Below, piece after piece: positions 1-14,983 of a stretch of DNA of 64,000 nt. Both the position numbers and the translations under genes were made by a program. The notes below the pieces were generated by a model. That model was given only the letters and a program-made list of their open reading frames with translations, was not told where the DNA came from and did not search any database. Every line of letters starts with the position of its first letter. Within the stretch, counting starts at the first letter, position 1. The stretch is from Eledone cirrhosa (lineage: Eukaryota): positions 17,608,001 through 17,672,000 of the forward strand of contig OZ024742.1 of the NCBI GenBank assembly GCA_964016885.1, written 5' to 3'.

Positions 1-121
1 TTACTTCATTTTTCATGCATTTATTTTTATATATTTGCTTCATTTTTCATGCATTTATTTTTATATATTTACTTCATTTTTCATGCATTTATTTTTATAT
101 ATTTGCTTCATTTTTCATGCA
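1..121. repeat. 35-bp AT-rich tandem repeat (~3.5 copies, truncated by window edge)
   Basis: tt(a/g)cttcatttttcatgcatttatttttatatatt repeated head to tail. Confidence 0.85.
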
Positions 122-254
122 ATGCTTTCAATTTTTAGTTTTTTTTTCTGTTCATTAATCTATTTATAACTTTCAAACAAAAACACAATAACACTGTGAT
201 GGGAGTTATTTATTTCATATTAACAGAAGCAGCTGTCACTATATCAATTAATTT

Positions 255-314
255 ATAATAATAATAATAACAATAACAACAACAACAACAACAATAATAA
301 TACTAATGATAATG

Positions 315-358
<44 letters not shown>

Positions 359-925
359 AATGAAGAGAAGAAAAGAGAAGAAAAGCAACAACAAAAAGCT
401 GAAGGAGTAAAACATGAGAGGAGAATATTAATAATGACAATATTGATAATTGTGATTATTATTGTTGTAATGGTGGTGATGATGATGATGATGATGATGA
501 TGAGAACCACAGAGGCTGGGGTGGTATTGAGATGGGGGTGGGTTGAGAGGAATGTCAAAAGTGTAAAGGTGGCATGTAAAGTAATAGTAAAAAGAAGAAA
601 GTGAAAAGGATGAAATATGTGGGAAGATGAAACAACAACAAAAACAAGCGAATTAAAGAAAAACAAAAAAAAAGCATAGATGAAATATGGTAATAAATGA
701 TGATGATGATGATGGCCATGATGACGATGGTGGTGGTGGTGACGATGGTGGTGGTAGGAGTGATAATGATGAAGATGATGATATTGATGACAATGGTATT
801 GATGACGACGATGATGGTGGTGGTAGAGGCGATGGTGATAATGAAGATGATGATGGTTATGGTGATAAAGAAGAAGAAGAAGAAGAAGAAGAAGAAGAAG
901 AAGAAGAAGAAGAAGAAGAAGAAAC
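255..925. repeat. Compound trinucleotide microsatellite region: (AAT)n, (AAC)n, (GAT)n, (GGT)n, (GAA)n
   Basis: Directly visible; overlapping ORFs are homopolymer artefacts. Confidence 0.9.
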
Positions 926-1440
926 CCACAACAACAAGACCAAATACTGCTAGTGTAACGTTAACTGAACTGTTAGGTAAGAAGATGTTAAATTTAGACT
1001 ATGGCAATCTTCTTTTATCAGTCAACACAGAGTGGTCTGTTTCTTCATTGATAAAGATCTGCCAGATATCAACATAAAATATAACTACGTTTACTTTGTA
1101 AACTGGGACTTGCGCAATATTTAATAATGTTCTCTTCTTATTAAAGTTTTTTCTATGTTGTTTTATATATTATTTAACATCGTGAATTATGTCTATTAGA
1201 CATTTTTCGTTCTTATTAAATATTTTAGTGTGTTGACAGTTTTAATATTTTAAGTAGTTTTAAAACTTATTTTAAATATTTATCTATTTACTATTTTGAA
1301 AAATAATTGAATGCAATGTACCAAGTATATGACATAACACACGCACCCACACATCGGTGAATTGGTAGGTCCGTTCCGTTTAAGTATAGTATGTTATGCT
1401 GTACGTTCCTACTTATTTTTAATTATATATATATATATAT

Positions 1441-2294
<854 letters not shown>

Positions 2295-2543
2295 TTTCTT
2301 TATTAACCACAAGGGTTTACATAAAGTAGACATTAAGGACAGTGCAGGACAATACAGTGCGGTACAAATGGGCATTTCTGCGTGTAAAAAATAAAAACAG
2401 AGGATGTAACAAAAAAATAGCAATGAAAAATTCCCCAATAGAGGGGAGACTTCGGAGGGACATTTGTGGAAAAAGCCCAGTAAAAGGCCACAGTGACCCT
2501 GACCACCAAGGCAAGTGCCCTCTCCCAGTTTTCCACCTTTAAT

Positions 2544-5500
2544 TTACAGATATATACTCAGAGTAGGCCCATTCACTCGGGCCATTCTTGCTTCTCTCAC
2601 CCATCTTTCAACAAAATGCTGGGAAGAGAGCACTTCCCTCTCTACTCTGATTTTGCTTTTCAAATGAAATTTGAAAAAGTCAATCAGGGCATCACCGAAG
2701 AGGTAAGTGCTCGTCTTCAGCCCTTTCAAACGTGTCCACCATACTATCTCTTTCGCCATGGCCACCAGACAGATAAAAACTGCCTGCCCTTCCCGGCTAA
2801 AAAAGGAGGGCGGGGCAATCCTCACGATGGACTCAGATGATAGCCGGATCCGTCCTACACGCGACAGCAGGTGTTCGACATAAACCCACAAGTCAGCAAT
2901 TTTCGGACACTAGACGAGTGTGTGCAGGACGGTTTCGTCGCCCTGCGCGCATCTCGGACATGCCCGGCTGACGGCACCTCCATGCCTGTAGAGTTTATCC
3001 CGAACTGGCAAGGCTCCTCGGTAGCACTGACAGGCCAGAGATTTCTGGAAGTTGTCCATAGGCCCTGGCCCGAAAGTTCTTCCGAAGAGATTGGCTAGTT
3101 GATTTTCGTCGACGCCTAGAGTTTCCCCAAGTACGTCGTCGCTCTTCCCCTCCACTAATCCTCTATAGAACGCCGAGGTGGAGTTTCCACCGATCACATT
3201 GCCCGATTGGTCGAGGGCTGTGAGCGCCTGAAGACATTCCAGTCTCCAGGCGCTCCCTCTCGGTCTTCGCTTGACCCAGGACTGCAGCTCCGTCAAGGAA
3301 ACGAGCTGGGGAAATACGTGTCTAGCAAACGGCGACCACACCTGATCACCGTCGAGGAAGAGGTGGAGATGTCGTAGCCTGAGCGCGTGCCTGCGCATCA
3401 TCAGCCACGGCATGCCCATCCCTCTACGTAGCGGGTGTTGATAACAGATGGACCGCCTGACCATCGGAGCGCGTCCCTTCCACAAAAAGCGAAAGAGTAA
3501 ACGCTCCAGCGCAGTCAGGCGAGTCTTAGGACAAGGTACGACGGTCAGGCGGTAGCAGATGACAGACGCGATGTACGCGTTAGCCACCTCCGCTCGACCT
3601 TTCAGGAATAGCTTCCTCTCCGCCCATTTCTGGGTGAGAGAAGCCACCCTGCTCGTCACCTCGTCCCAGTTGTTGTCCGTCTGGAGGTCCGGACCGAACC
3701 AGACCCCTAGCAATTTAACCGGTCCGTCCGTCCGGCGTCCGACGACGCTGTTGGACGGCATGGACCTGCCTCTCCAGGTGCCGAGCTGCAGGCCCACTAA
3801 CTTTTCCTGGTTGATCATTGCTCCTGTCACCGCTTCGTATTCTCTTAGTGTAGTGCCGATCGCCTCAATGTGTTTGGCGTTCGACACCACTACGGTGACA
3901 TCGTACGCATATGCTAACACGGATCTTCCGCATCCTAGTTCGCGCGTGACGCCCCTTAACATCTCCAGTTTGTGCAGTAATGGCTCGAGAGTCAATACGT
4001 ACAAGAGGGACGAGAGGGGACATCCTTGGCGGACCGAGCGCATGATGTTGAACGGTTCCGAAAGGTTACCGTTCACTTTCACCACAGAGCAGATGTCGCT
4101 GTGCATGGCAGCGATCCAGCCTCTGAAGACGGGCCCAAAGCCAGCCGCCCTCAGGATTGCCGCTAGGTAACGATGGTTGACCCTATCGAAAGCTTTCGAC
4201 TGATCTAAATTGATCAAGGACCCACCCGTGCCAGGTTCCCTAGCTACCCTCTCTACGATGTATCACATGAGGTGGAGGTTGTCGTGGATGGATCTGTCGG
4301 GAATGGCGCATGTCTGCGCCTCTCCCACCAGACCACCAACGACAAGCGCCAACCTCTTTGCTAGCACCTTGGCCAAAATCTTGAACTCTGTGTTTAGCAG
4401 GGTTATGGGCCGGAAATTATCTATGTTATTCCCCTTGTTCGGATCCTTTCTCAGCAATGCCACCGCTCCTCGGCTCACAGAACTGGGAATTCTCCCGTTC
4501 TGTTGCCAGCTGCAGTAGACGTCCGCCAAGAGGCCTCCGAACAAGTCTGGCATCTGTACGTAAAGTTCATAGGGCAGACCATCCAAACCAGGCGATTTAC
4601 CCCTTGTGCAGCCAGTCATTGCCTCCCTTACTTCAGCGGCTGTTATCGGCTTTTCGCAACACTCCGCCTCAGTGGCCGAGAGCCGCGACTGTCCGTCGAG
4701 GTAGACACTAAAGTCCATCCCTCGACCCGGCCCACCGCTGCCCCCGAACAGCTGAGCGAAGTGTCGCTGAAAAGCTTCACACATTTGCCCGGGATCGAGT
4801 AGCATGCGCCCGTCGTGGTCCACCAAAGACCGGATCGTGGCTTTGTTTCCACGACGCGCCTCCGCCACTCGGGCCCATTGAACGGCTTCCGTCCCCTCGT
4901 GTCTGAGAGCACGCACCCTAGCTCTGACAACGCAGCCTTCGTGCTTTGCATTGAAGAATTGGCCAAGGGCCAATTTCGCCGCAAGCACGTCGGTCCCTCT
5001 GCTCTATTTTTCTCTATTGCTAAAGCCTTACTAAACCTAATCGATTCTATTCTAATCGCTCTTTTCAGAGCAAACCACCACTTGTTGTTGATAATGGTCC
5101 CCGTCAACGCCCGCTTAACTAGTTCGCTAATCCGTTCTCTGTAGGCTTTGCGCGCTGGTAAGGACGCGTTTAGCTTCCAGTAGCCGGTTCCTCGTCTATG
5201 AAGCCTATCTAAGTCAAGCACACAGATCACGAATTTGTGGTCCGTGTAGCTGACTATCTTGAATTGTGGACAGCCTATGCTAGACCTATCTATTTCCTTA
5301 CAAAATACTCTATCTAGATATGATCTGGATGACCCTATGCGATTTGTCCAAGTCCACATTGGCACGTTCGGGAAATCCAATCGGTACCTGTCAGACAGTT
5401 CAAAACGCCTGAGCAGGTTGGTGAGGCTCTTGCACCCTCCACCCCTATCCGCTAATCCCACACAGTCCCAGCGTGCATCTAAGATCCCGTTCCAGTCGCC

Positions 5501-5917
5501 CACTAACACTAAAGAGCGGGACGTTCCAAGAAAGGTCTCCAGACGCCGGAAGAAATCAGGCCGCCCTGCTCCTGTCGGGGCATAGACAGCCACTAACCTG
5601 AAAGCTTGCCCGTCTCCGCTGGTCACGTCCAGCACCACCAACTTACCCTCTGGGTCCAGGAAGATGGCCCGTATGGCGAGATCCAACCCTCTCCGAAAAA
5701 GCACAGCAACTTCTCCTCCCGATCCAGGACGGCTGGGAGATGCGTACACATCGTAGCCGCCGAAGATCGGTGCGAAGGCCCGTACTTCGGAGATTCTGGT
5801 CTCGCTGATGGCCACTACATCTATGTTTAGTGACCTGAGGTCGTTGAGCAGGTGACCCTGCTTCCATGACAACCCCAAGCCACGCGCATTTATGCTGCCT
5901 ATTCTGAGTGAGGTCAT
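2544..5917 (-). pseudogene. Tx1 ORF2 (AP endonuclease + reverse transcriptase), disrupted
   Basis: APE motifs SINARGL, ISETR, VYAP, GDWN, YLDRV, TDHK; RT motifs PGLDGLP, FRPITLLN, LDQSKAFDRV, RQGCPLS, YAYD (YADD mutated); CPRC..ETVLH. Frameshift/deletion near 4985, in-frame stops near 4263 and 2910. Confidence 0.92.
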
Positions 5918-6225
5918 GTTTAAAATAGAGTGGAAAAGATGGGAAAGACCACTTACCGTACTTTTCGTAGAGGAGGGATGGTTTTTCCATCCCTTTTCAC
6001 TTGATCGTCTGGTGAAGGGACCGTTGAATCGTCCCTTCGGCTGGTCGTCGGCTCTTCTATGAGTATATCCGAATATACTCTTCGATTGAGAGTCCCTCCT
6101 AGGTCTCTGAAATCACCAACTGCGTTGGGGAATTTCGTTTTAATGTTTGTGTATTGTTTCTGTGCTATTTTTAGCAGTCTTATGTTAGTTGGCGTTTTGA
6201 TTGGTGCTGGTATTATGTAGTCGTG

Positions 6226-8054
6226 TTATGAAATGTCTGTGTGTTCAATTATGTAAGTCATTAGTTTCTTGTGTGTATTTATTGCCGTGCATTTGGCATT
6301 TGTTTTTCTGGGGTCTGGTGTGGTTATGCTATTTTCTTGTCGTTGTTGCTGGGTGTGTGTGTTTTGTTGTTGTGTTTGCGATGTTGGTGCTTGTGGTGTT
6401 GAAGGTGTTGTTGTTGTTGGCGGTGGGGTTGTCGCCGGTGGTGATGGTGGTGCTAGTGTGGGTGGTGATGGTGTTGGTGGTGTTGCTGCTGTGTGTCTCT
6501 TTGCAGTAGCCTTTACCTTTTTTTCATTTCTTTCCTCCCTTTTCGAAGGCGACGATGCGCTGCTTCTGCGTTTGTGCCTTCTTACGACCTTTTGCCATCC
6601 CTCTCCCACCTCACACTCCATGTCTGATTCTGTGAGGTCGGGGAGGGGTACCAGCTCCTCTCTTTCACTTGTTGTTGTTGGTGATGTTTGCACTGGAGTC
6701 TCTGTTGCAGCTGCATTTGGTATTGCTGTTGTTGTTGTTAATACTTCCACTGCTGCTGCTGTTTTTGATTTCAGTGGCGTGGGTATGGGTGCCACGGACC
6801 TATCGTTCCTGGTTGCCGCTTGTCCTGTTGCTGGTAGCCGTGGAGCTGGTTTCGGAAGGAGGGGGGATTTCTCCTTTCTCAGGGTTTTCTCGTTGCAGAA
6901 GGCCCTGAGGTGAGTCTTCGATCCACAGCGAAAGCATTTCGGGCATTTGCCCTCAACACTTATGGGCAGTTGAGTGCCGTTGTCGAAGTCTATCACATCC
7001 GGGAGAGCTTGGATGCACTCCTGGTTGGTTTGGATTAACATCTCAATGGAGGTGCCGACCCAATCTTCTCTTACTTTTTTCTGTACTTGCAGTACAGTTG
7101 TTTTGTCCTCGATTCCGACTAGGACAGACGCGGCCAGCCAAGAAGGGGCCATCCCGGGAGGGACGTGGGTCAGTTTGACCCTCACAATTTTTTGCCCGCA
7201 GTAGGAGGGCACCAACACCATTTCCTCGCTCCTTAGGGTCACTAAGGATTGAGCCTCTGCCTCCTGGGGTGTGGCAAAAAGTACGTCTACGGTGGCATAT
7301 TTCTTGCCTCGGGTGATGTGCGTTTTCCGCTGCCACACAGACGCCAAAGCTTTTTGTATTTGAGCCTCTGTGGCTCTTTCAACCCTACGGGATTTTGTAC
7401 TTACTGTACGGTACGTGACCGTACAGTGCTGTTGGGTTTCGAAAAAAATTTCGGCTGCTTTGCAGATTGCTCGGTGTCCAGTCTTTGTCACATCTTCTTC
7501 GCTTCCTCTAATTCCTCATTTGTTATGAGGATGGTTTCCAGGTTCTTTGCGATACCTGCAAACGAGATTGTTTTTTTTTTGCTGCTGTTGTTGTTGTTGT
7601 TGTCGTCAGAGCTGCTGTTACTTTTGTTGTTGCTGCAGGTACTACGACTACTGCCGCCGCCGCTGTTGCTGTGGTTGTTGTTGCTGCTGCTAATGCTGTT
7701 GTTGTTTATGCTGCTGCTGATGCTGTTGCGGCTGTTACTGTTGTTTTCCTTGTCACTGTTGCTGCTGTTATTACGGCTGCTACTGCTATTATTCCTGACG
7801 TCAGACGAATGAAATAGGTTTTCGTATTTCCCGCACACCTTTTTCGTCGTTGTCGTCGTCGTCGTGGAGAAATCTTGCACGCTTTGCACGAGATTTTTCT
7901 TTTCTGTCGTCGCTTGCGAAAGAGAAGGGAGGGAGAGAGACACATTTAGAGAAGGGAGGGAGAGAGACAATCTTCTCTCTGCTGTAGTGACGACTGAGGA
8001 AGAAGAAGACGGAATGAGTGGGAGTGACCTATGAAAATTCTTTTTCGTAGCCAT
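6226..8054 (-). pseudogene. Tx1 ORF1 (gag-like nucleic-acid-binding protein), split near 7490
   Basis: CFRCGSKTHLRAFC is a CX2CX4HX4C knuckle followed by a T/P-rich tail; ORFs 7488-8054 and 6226-7491 abut at ATGTGACA. Confidence 0.75.
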
Positions 8055-8290
8055 GTTGTTTTTTTTTGTTTAAAATAAATATTGGGCACAAAACCCCAAT
8101 AAGCGGTTATTTAATCCCGAAGGGCCAAATAACGGGCAGAAAGACCCCTCTCACGAGGAGGAGGGTGTTTTTGTCTACAAATTGGTTAACGTTTTAAACA
8201 ATTTACAATTGTTATAGCGGTCAAAATTTACAATACCTTACAGAGCTGAGCCTCCGTCAACCATGGCATTCAATAATAATAATAATTATT

Positions 8291-8476
8291 ATTTCTACTT
8301 TTGGCACAAGGCCAGCAATTACCCAGTGTATTACTGGTACTTTATTTTATCGACCCCGTAAGGATGAAAGGCAAAGTTAACCTCAGCGGGATTTGAACTC
8401 AGAATGGAAAGGGCTGTAACTCTTTGCGTCAAAGCATGGCGTCCAACCCTCTACCGATACTGCCAATCCACCGCCT
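8291..8476 (-). mobile_element. tRNA-derived SINE, family A
   Basis: Reverse complement of the 30011 copy: B-box GAGTTCAAATC and body GCCTTTCATCCTTACGGGGTCGATAAAATAAAGTACCAG. Confidence 0.85.
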
Positions 8477-8807
8477 AATAATAATAACTGTGATAGAATA
8501 ATTCTTATTACAAATTAACAATAAGATTACAGTTTTAACGCTCAGCAAGCCATAACGCATCACTTTACGGCATAGGGCCCCAATATTTAATATTTAATTT
8601 TGGATCAGAAATGTTACAGTCGAAAAAGAGCAAAATGACAAAATGGCTAAATAGCTAAATGGCTAAGTGGACAGACAGAAAAATAAGTTCACCACCAACA
8701 CCACCACCGCCACCATCACCACTACCACGCCCAAAACTCTAGTCAAGTTACCTCAACTTCTATTTCTACTTCAACTTTAACACTATTACTACAGTACTAC
8801 GATCACA

Positions 8808-8950
8808 TCACCACCACCACTGCCTCATTATCGCTACCGCCGCTATTCTCTCCCACTACCTCCTGCTAAGTACTACTAGCACAGCACCACCACCACCACT
8901 GCATCATTATCACTACCGCCGTTATTCTCTCCCACTACCTCCTGCTAAGA
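8808..8950. repeat. Two-copy tandem duplication of ~75 bp
   Basis: caccaccaccactgc..tcattatc.ctaccgccg.tattctctcccactacctcctgctaag occurs twice. Confidence 0.8.
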
Positions 8951-9229
8951 CATGCATCGTAGTGTCCCCACTAAAAGAGGAAGGCATCAAAATATATAAA
9001 TAGACTGATTTGATGACCCGGCCAAATAAATCAAAAAACAAAAAATCAAAATCAAAGCAGCACAGCAACAACGAAAAGCGTAAAGAAAAGAAAAATGAAA
9101 AGAAAAACAAACAGACAGACAGAGAAGGGAAAAGAAAAACTAAGTCAGACATTCAAACATTACATTACAATGAAACTTATGCTTATTCTTTTTTTTTTTT
9201 TTACCTATTTGTTTGTTTGTTTATTTATG

Positions 9230-12200
9230 TTCGTCTACAGCGTGATAGTGCCACACAAAAATCACCGGGAGTGATGAAATCACCGGTAGTTATGTAACCA
9301 TACATTCACCAATCCTCGATAAGAGTGTTTAAATGTCGAACCCAAACAGTTCGAATAACGGTGAAGTGGAGACTGGAATGTCATGTGACAGACTCTCACC
9401 CAGCAGGTGCTCCCTGGCTCAGCAGCAGGGACCTGGCTGTCAACCAAATACTGCTGGTGTCGGAGGAAGAAGAAGAAGGAAAGGGACCAGAACCAACTGG
9501 ACGAAAGAATTGAATAGAACTGTTATGCAATGTTACCTGAAGAGTAACCCCAAGGAGAAAGGCTATAGGAAACGGATGCATAACATCTGGAACGAGATTG
9601 GTCTATTTAAATTAGATGAACAAAAATTGGCTGAGCAGGCGCGGGTAATAAGAACTAATGGGTGGATAAGCGAGCTGGAACTGGAGGAACTGAGCAGAGA
9701 GATTAGGTTGGAAATGGAGAGTGGAGTATGCCAGGCAAACGAGCCAGTGGGAAATGAAGGTGAAGAGGTTGAGAGAACGGAGGAACCATCCGAAGCAGAC
9801 AATGATCTGAATGCTGAAATAAATAATACCTGGAACAAAGATACGGCCATTGAGGAGATGAATGCTGACGGGCTAGGACAAGATTTGGTTGATATCCTAA
9901 ACTTAGTGGTAGATGAATTGAACAATGATAGTGGGAAACCTATGAACCTAAGATTTGTAGACAGGAAAAAATTAAAAGAAACAACAGCTAAGGTAAACAA
10001 AGTCATCCCATACCTTGAGGCGAGGAGCCTTCACCAGTGCAACAATATCCTCAAAGCAACAGCAAATGCCGTGAGGAAATTACTTGGCATAAAAGCGAGA
10101 GGAAACAACAAACAAGAAAGATCAGAGTCTTGGTGGAAGAAACGACTGAATGGTCAAATCAGGGAAATGAGAAATTACATTGGAAAGCTTGAGTCCCTAC
10201 TGAATGGGACACTAAAAAACATAGACACTAAAAATAGACTGGAAATAAAGTACAAAACTAGGAGGAAAAAGCTAAATATTATCATAGAGGAACTGAAGCA
10301 ACGCATTGTAGCAAAGAGTGCAAAAATTAGGCGATACGAGGGCAGAGTCAGTCAGTATAGACAGAACCGCATGTTTGACAACAACCATAAGATGCTGTTT
10401 GGACAGGTTGAAGGGAAAGAAAGAGGCAACGACTTGATACCTGAGGCGGAACAAACTAAGACCTTCTGGAGTGGAATATGGGAGCAGGATGTTAAACCAG
10501 GCAGTGTGGATTGAGACAGTACAAAAGGAGATTAGTGAACAGGCACACCAACAAACTGATTTGAGTATCACAGTTGAAACTCATAAGGGGCAGGCCAAAA
10601 ATCTAACCAACTGGAAATCACCAGGCCCAGATGGTGTGCAGGGGTATTGGATTAAAAATATAACATCCCTCCACCCGAAACTGACAACCATGTTCAATGA
10701 CTGCTTGATGTCAGGTGAGGTACCAGAGTGGTTGACAAAAGGTACCACAGTTCTGGTAATGAAAGACCGAATCAAGGGTAATGATGTTACCAACTATAGA
10801 CCTATCACATGTCTGTCCGTAATGTGGAAACTGTTGACAAGCATTATGTCTGAGGAAATCTACCATCACCTCCACACAAACAACTTGTTACCGGACGAAC
10901 AGAAAGGATGCCGAAAGAAGTCCCGTGGTACAAAGGAGCAGTTACTTATTGATAAGATGGTAATGAGGAATTGCAAGAGGAGACACACTGGATAGACTAC
11001 AAAAAGGCATTTGACATGGTGCCTCATTCTTGGATCACCAAAAGCCTAGAGATTTTCAAGGTGGCAGATAACATCAGACAGTTGTTGGGCAAAAGTATGA
11101 AGTCCTGGAAAACAGAGTTAACATCAGCTGGAGAATACTTGGGAGGCGTAAAGATCAAGAGAGATATCTTCCAGGGAGATAGTCTGTCCCCTCTGTTGTT
11201 TGTCCTTGCCCTGATGCCCCTGACCATTATACTGCGAAAAGTGAGAGCAGGATACAAGTTGGGAAAGGGAGAGCTTACCATCAATCACCTCCTCTTCATG
11301 GACTATCTTAAGCTCTTTAGGAAGAGTGAGAAGGAGTTGAATGTGCTTGTTGACACTGTCCGTATTTTCAGCAATGATATATGTATGCAATTTGGTATTC
11401 GTAACTGTGGAGTCCTTGTGATGAAGGGGTGTAAATTGAGCAGAAGCAACGGAATTCAGGTACCAACAGGTGAGATAATAAAGGAAATTGACACTGAAGA
11501 AGGATATAAGTATTTGGGTGTTCTGGAGGCTGATGACATCAAGAACAAAAAAATGAAGGAATTGATAAGATCTGAATACATTCGGAGAGTAAGGAGCGTA
11601 TTAAAGTCACATCTGAACAGTAGGAATGCCATAAGTGCAGTAAATTCTTGAGCTCTGTCTATTATTAGGTACAGTGTGGGAATTCTGAGATGGAATATTG
11701 CTGAACAAAAAGAAATGGATAGGAAGACTAGGAACCTATTGACTATCTACAACATCTTCCACAAGAGGAGTGACGTCGATAGACTCTACTTAAGGAGATC
11801 TGAAGGTGGAAGAGGTCTTATCAGCATAGAGGACTGTGTTCAGATGGAGAAAAACAACCTACACAAATACGTGACTGATAGTAAGGAGCCAATGCTCAGA
11901 ACTGTACTGAAGGAGAGGACAATAGACCAGGGGATGTCCAAGGAGGAAATAACAACAAGGAGAAAGAGCAGCCTTCATGAAAAATCCCTTCATAGTACCT
12001 TCTTTGATAAAACTGAATTCAGAGATCCAGACATGGAACTGGTTGAAAAGAGGAGACCTTAAAAAGGCTACAGAAGGAATGTTAATGGCTGCGCAAGAGC
12101 AGGCCCTCAAAACGAAGTGGTTGAAACACCATATTTACAAGGAGGAGGCTAGCCCAGTGTGCAGGATCTGTGGAGAGAGAGGAGGAGACTGTGGCTCACA

Positions 12201-12820
12201 TTGTATCCGAGTGTAAACACCTAACCCAGACTCATTATAAGGGCTGGAGACATGATGTGATGAGCAGGGTGATCCACTGGCACCTATGCAAAGTAAACAA
12301 TTTACCACATTCTGAGAAGTGGTATGAGCATAAGCCAGAATCGGTGATAGAAAATGATCAGGTGAAGGTGCTGTGGGATTTTAGGATACAGACGGACAAG
12401 AAACTGGAACACAATAGACCTGACCTGGTGGTTTTGGACAAAGAAAAAAGATCGTGCCTTATTGTGGATGTGGTCTGCCCATTCGACACGAGAGTGCAAG
12501 AGAAGGAGAGGGAGAAAATTAACCGATACCAGGACTTAAAGTGGAGGGATTTGGAACTGCCATGAAGTCAAAGTGGTCCCGATTGTCATAGGCGCACTAG
12601 GTACTATCTCAAAAAGTTTCCAGGGATGGTTAAAGAAAATTGGCCCTGCCACGCTTTTTGGAACACTTCGAAAGGCATGCTTTCTGGGAACAGCAAGACC
12701 CCTCCGATACGTCCTGAATATCTGAGGCTGCAGGTAGTGGCTTGATATTCATTTCAACAAACTTTCCAGTTAACTAACATCAATGACTGAGGCTCAAAGA
12801 ACAATAATAATAATAATAAA
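9230..12820 (+). mobile_element. Dong/R4-clade non-LTR retrotransposon (RT + restriction-like endonuclease), decayed; 5' boundary approximate
   Basis: Single-ORF architecture ending in a (TAA)n tail at ~12802-12819; Dong elements are known to be associated with (TAA)n. Confidence 0.85.
9333..12725 (+). pseudogene. Dong/R4 polyprotein with frameshifts and stops
   Basis: N-terminal WTKELN..CY..GYRKRM..IW; RT motifs KSPGPDG, YRPITCL, IDYKKAFD, IFQGDSLSP, HLLFMDY (catalytic D mutated), YKYLG; CRIC..ETVAHIVSEC; RHD and RPDLVV..D..KINRYQDL nuclease. Breaks near 10500, 10985, 11650, 12030, 12180, 12550. Confidence 0.9.
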
Positions 12821-13579
12821 TGTGAAGACTAAAATAACCATTTATAAACTCACAGTTTGGCTTCACGGTGAAAGCAAACTAAGTTACATCACAGGTTGTT
12901 ATCTCTCTATGAATGGTTATTTAATTGTCACAGTTCTTTCGTCACACATCTTCTGACCTTTTCAATAACCAATCTTGCTCCTCTGTGTCTTTCCTTTGAT
13001 CTTGGATAGTAAAAAAGAAAAGATAAGACGGATCCATCAAAATACTGTCCAACCTTTGAGTTTGTAGATTATAGCTTTGTCTAGTGTATACCAAAGTTGA
13101 CCATGCTTGCATCTAGCATGTGGCTCTCCAAACTATTTACGTCTCACAGGATAATATTGAGCTTCAGTAATAGTTTTTCCTGAAACACTATATAGCTTAA
13201 ATCCCAGAAGCTATGTTTACTGTTCTGAAAAAAGGTTTCGTAGTCCTCTCTGTTTTTGGAATTTACATACTTTTGAGAATCATTGTTTTATCAAACGAAA
13301 ATATGATACTCTCCTCAATAACATCCACCTCACTATACTTCTTAGAATGTCTTTAGCATCCCAACAGTTGGAGGATTCTTTAGAATATTAACTACAAAAA
13401 TGAGGTCTCAATGAAAACTGGCGTGATCAAGCTCAAACTTCGATCACGTGACCTCAACAGTACCAACTATAAACACGCATGAGCACAAGACAGTGTGAGA
13501 AACCTAAAGATATGTTATGGCGAAAGAGCGGATATTTGTTTGTTTATTTACCCTCGTAGCTTAAAATATTCTGCCACAT

Positions 13580-14185
13580 CAGAGGTTCTCAAAGTGGGCA
13601 ATGCCACCCCAGGGAGACATTGAGAAGGTCCAGAGGACGCCGGGGCCTAAGGATACGGTGGGGGTCTGTAGAGATGATATGATAGTATATTAAATATCAA
13701 ATGATACATTTTATATATAAATATAGTAAAATTAAAAAAATATATAATATTTATCTATATATACTATATAAGAACCGAAAGGAGCTGAGTTGTTACTGTA
13801 AACGTTAAGATGATAGTATGGACGAAACAAGGGAAGAAAAGAATTCCTTCATCAGCTGTAAACCGGGATCAAGATGTTTCGGTGCTTAATACAGGAGATC
13901 TAAATGCGATCAGCGACGCGCCCAATGCCTTTTATCCATCAAAAAGCCAGGAGGGAAAGAAAAGAAAAAAGAAGAAAAAAGTGGAAAAGTAGTGAGGATA
14001 AACAGGATAAACCGGGAAACAGACCAAATGGTGGGGGGAGGGACATATTACTTATATATGAATTAACGAGTTTATTTATTATTTATTATATATTATTTAC
14101 AATTTTCGTGTAGGCAGGTCTCTCTGGAAATAGGTTTGGGGGGCGCTGAGAGTATTACGTGACCGTGAGAGGGGGGGGAACCTCT
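13580..14185. mobile_element. Possible degraded hAT (Charlie-like) non-autonomous DNA transposon
   Basis: Left end CAGAGGTTCTCAAAGTGGG; weak matching right end GAACCTCT. Confidence 0.35.
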
Positions 14186-14553
14186 ATACTACATTCTTAC
14201 AATAAATATTTTTTTTACTATTGGATTGTTGCTGTTATTTTGTATTGCTGTTGTTGTATGTGTAAGAATGGATCTTGATATCTTGTTATACCATATTTAA
14301 TTATTGTTCGTCTTTCTTCATATTTTATTGGTTTCAATTAATATTTTCCTTGGTATATCAAATTCAGGTTCTTTATTATCAATAGATCACAAATTAAATA
14401 TATTGGTAATTACTCCCTATCGATTGTCACATAAACAATGAACGTATCGAATATTTAAACAACTTTTTTTTTGGCGGGGGGTATTTTATTTTACTGTCCA
14501 AATATTATATATATGTGTGTGTATGTGTGTGTGTGTGCGTATGTGCGAGTGTA

Positions 14554-14658
14554 CACAGAGTGTCCCAAAAAATGTATACACACGTCGATTACCGGTACAG
14601 GTAATATTTATTAGAATGCTGTTGATGTGTGTATATATATTTTTGGAGACACCTTGTG
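14554..14658. mobile_element. Tc1/mariner-type MITE (~100 bp), copy 1
   Basis: Imperfect TIRs CAGAGTGTCCCAAAAAATGTATACAC / GTGTATA..TTTTGGAGACACCTTG; related copy at 18853. Confidence 0.65.
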
Positions 14659-14713
14659 TGTAGAGAGAGAGGGAGACATAGAGAGAGGGAGAGAGAGAGA
14701 GAGAGACAGAGAA

Positions 14714-14776
<63 letters not shown>

Positions 14777-14983
14777 TGGGCAGACAGTCATGAATCCTAG
14801 CAATATGTATGATAGTTCATTACTGCACAAGGACTTCACAAGTAGTTGGGGCTAGGACTTCATATTTATGAGAATTAAACCAAAGATAGGGACATGATTG
14901 CTAGATTGGTCTACAAGAAGATTACGGTACTTTGTAGCAATCTCAAGGTGCCGCAACTCGCCACTTTTTGAAAATACCTTATA

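Noticed and set aside
253-1077. Acidic and poly-residue ORFs, with a possible GTAAG donor near 977
   Set aside because: Derived from trinucleotide microsatellites; no supported exon chain
3559-7812. Plus-strand ORFs over the Tx1 element (and antisense ORFs over the other LINEs)
   Set aside because: Antisense shadows of GC-rich retrotransposon coding sequence with no motifs
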